Below, in pieces: positions 62,706 to 64,000 of a DNA stretch of 64,000 bases. Origin of the DNA: Squalus acanthias (taxonomy: Eukaryota); the NCBI GenBank assembly GCA_030390025.1, contig CM059433.1:19098001-19162000 (forward strand), given 5' to 3'. Below the pieces are notes generated by a model. It worked only from the letters and a program-made list of their open reading frames with translations. It did not search any database and was not told the origin of the DNA. Numbering within the stretch: the first letter of the stretch is position 1; each line of letters starts with the position of its first letter. Both the position numbers and the translations under genes were made by a program.

Positions 62706-64000
62706 TATTATAATGCAAACCTGGTTACTAATTAAATAACTGTTAGGGAAAGATGTTCAGATAATTTTCCTCTGTAAGATGGAATATGGCTATGAAATTC
62801 CACCGATGTCTACCGTTGTATTAAATTAAGCCAAGATGATCGGCCTAAATCAAACTGACCAGTACCGTTTTGGTTTCTGATACTCCCTCTTCTTCTTTTC
62901 CCATCATCGTTGACATGTTTGGAGCTTCAGTGGCCGTCTATGTATTTGGGGCTGGTGATAATCTAGCTATAATTAGGAGCCGAGAGATTGGAAAAATTAT
63001 CACAATAATTGATAATCATGCTGATGAACTACTGGGACCTGCCCCATAACATTTAAGTGGGATGAAACCTCCTGAATGATTTGCAATATCTGGAGTTAAA
63101 ATAGCTTCAAACTCTACATCAGGTATGGTTTTAGCAGAGGGAGTCTCAGTCACCAATGTTACTGTGCTGGCTCCTTTCCTCACTCTGTATAAAATCTGCA
63201 TGTTTTTCTCGTACAATGCATCATAGTGGTGATATTTAGCATGGTTGGATGGTTAGCAGTTTTCAGGGCAACACGTAACAAAATGAATTCCGGAATTGCA
63301 TGATTGTAGCTCTAGTAAAAACCTCGCTGTTCAGTGTACAGATTACATTTGTGCGATAAAAGTTTTGAAGCAACATTACCAACTATGGATACAAAAAAAA
63401 GCTAGATTGTAGACTACATTCCCTTAATGTGCCTCTGAACTGCCTGTTGGCAGAATTGGTGGATTTGTTTCACAAATCACTCAGTGTGATAAAAAAGCTG
63501 ATTGTAACAATATATTTTGTGCTTAGAGATAGGATTCCTTCGGGAACACTTGATAACATACTTGGCAATTGAATCCAGATTTTGGCGGATATTCAACTGT
63601 GTTTGAAATATTTTGAGTTAAAAAGCATGCTCAATCTCTAAATTCTCCCTCTTTTTAAAAGTTTCCATTGGTTATACCATAGGGTTCTCTTTTAAAAAAA
63701 AAAAACATTTTTTAAATGTACTCCTCCTTTCACAGGAATAAATCGGGTTAAAGAAAATATAAATTCTTAAAAGTAGAAACAGCTGAGTCAATATATTTTT
63801 TAAACAGGTGTGGTCGGCCCTCCTAGTCATCTGGTTTGGAACTAAAGTTTGTCTCAAGGGCAGGCAGGCGGGATGCATGATAAATTTATCCTGCTACGTA
63901 AACCTGACCGAAATTCTGACAGACAAGTTTATTGTTGCACGTCACTGGGTGCATGAATGACTTCTTCAACAAATAACTAAAATATGTAAACATACTGATA

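Overview
Repeat-dense eukaryotic DNA, most likely intronic or intergenic sequence from a cartilaginous fish. This is inferred from the mix of DeuSINE/SacSINE1-like SINEs, shark-type CR1 and L2 LINEs and Penelope-like ends. No intact, recognisable host protein-coding gene was found. The long ORFs are transposon fragments. Contents: many L2 and CR1 copies (including a ~12 kb nested CR1 pile-up at ~41.9-53.7 kb), single RTE, Zenon/Crack-like and Vingi/Ingi-like LINE fragments, tRNA-derived DeuSINEs, a full-length but pseudogenised Tigger/pogo element (DD32D, TA TSD) plus a pogo-type MITE, a fossil two-gene Harbinger (Myb + DDE), several hairpin-rich Harbinger-like non-autonomous elements, and a solo LTR with a 5-bp TSD. 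Most interesting: (i) short insertions carrying a minimal hammerhead ribozyme motif, one flanked by a TSD (Penelope-like/retrozyme-like); (ii) a branched multi-hairpin cassette built from TTGACAG motifs inside a Harbinger-like MITE; (iii) an L2 with an 82-bp flanking duplication; (iv) weak candidate host exons and a decayed zinc finger. All family names come from motif recognition by eye, not database searches, and boundaries of decayed repeats are approximate.
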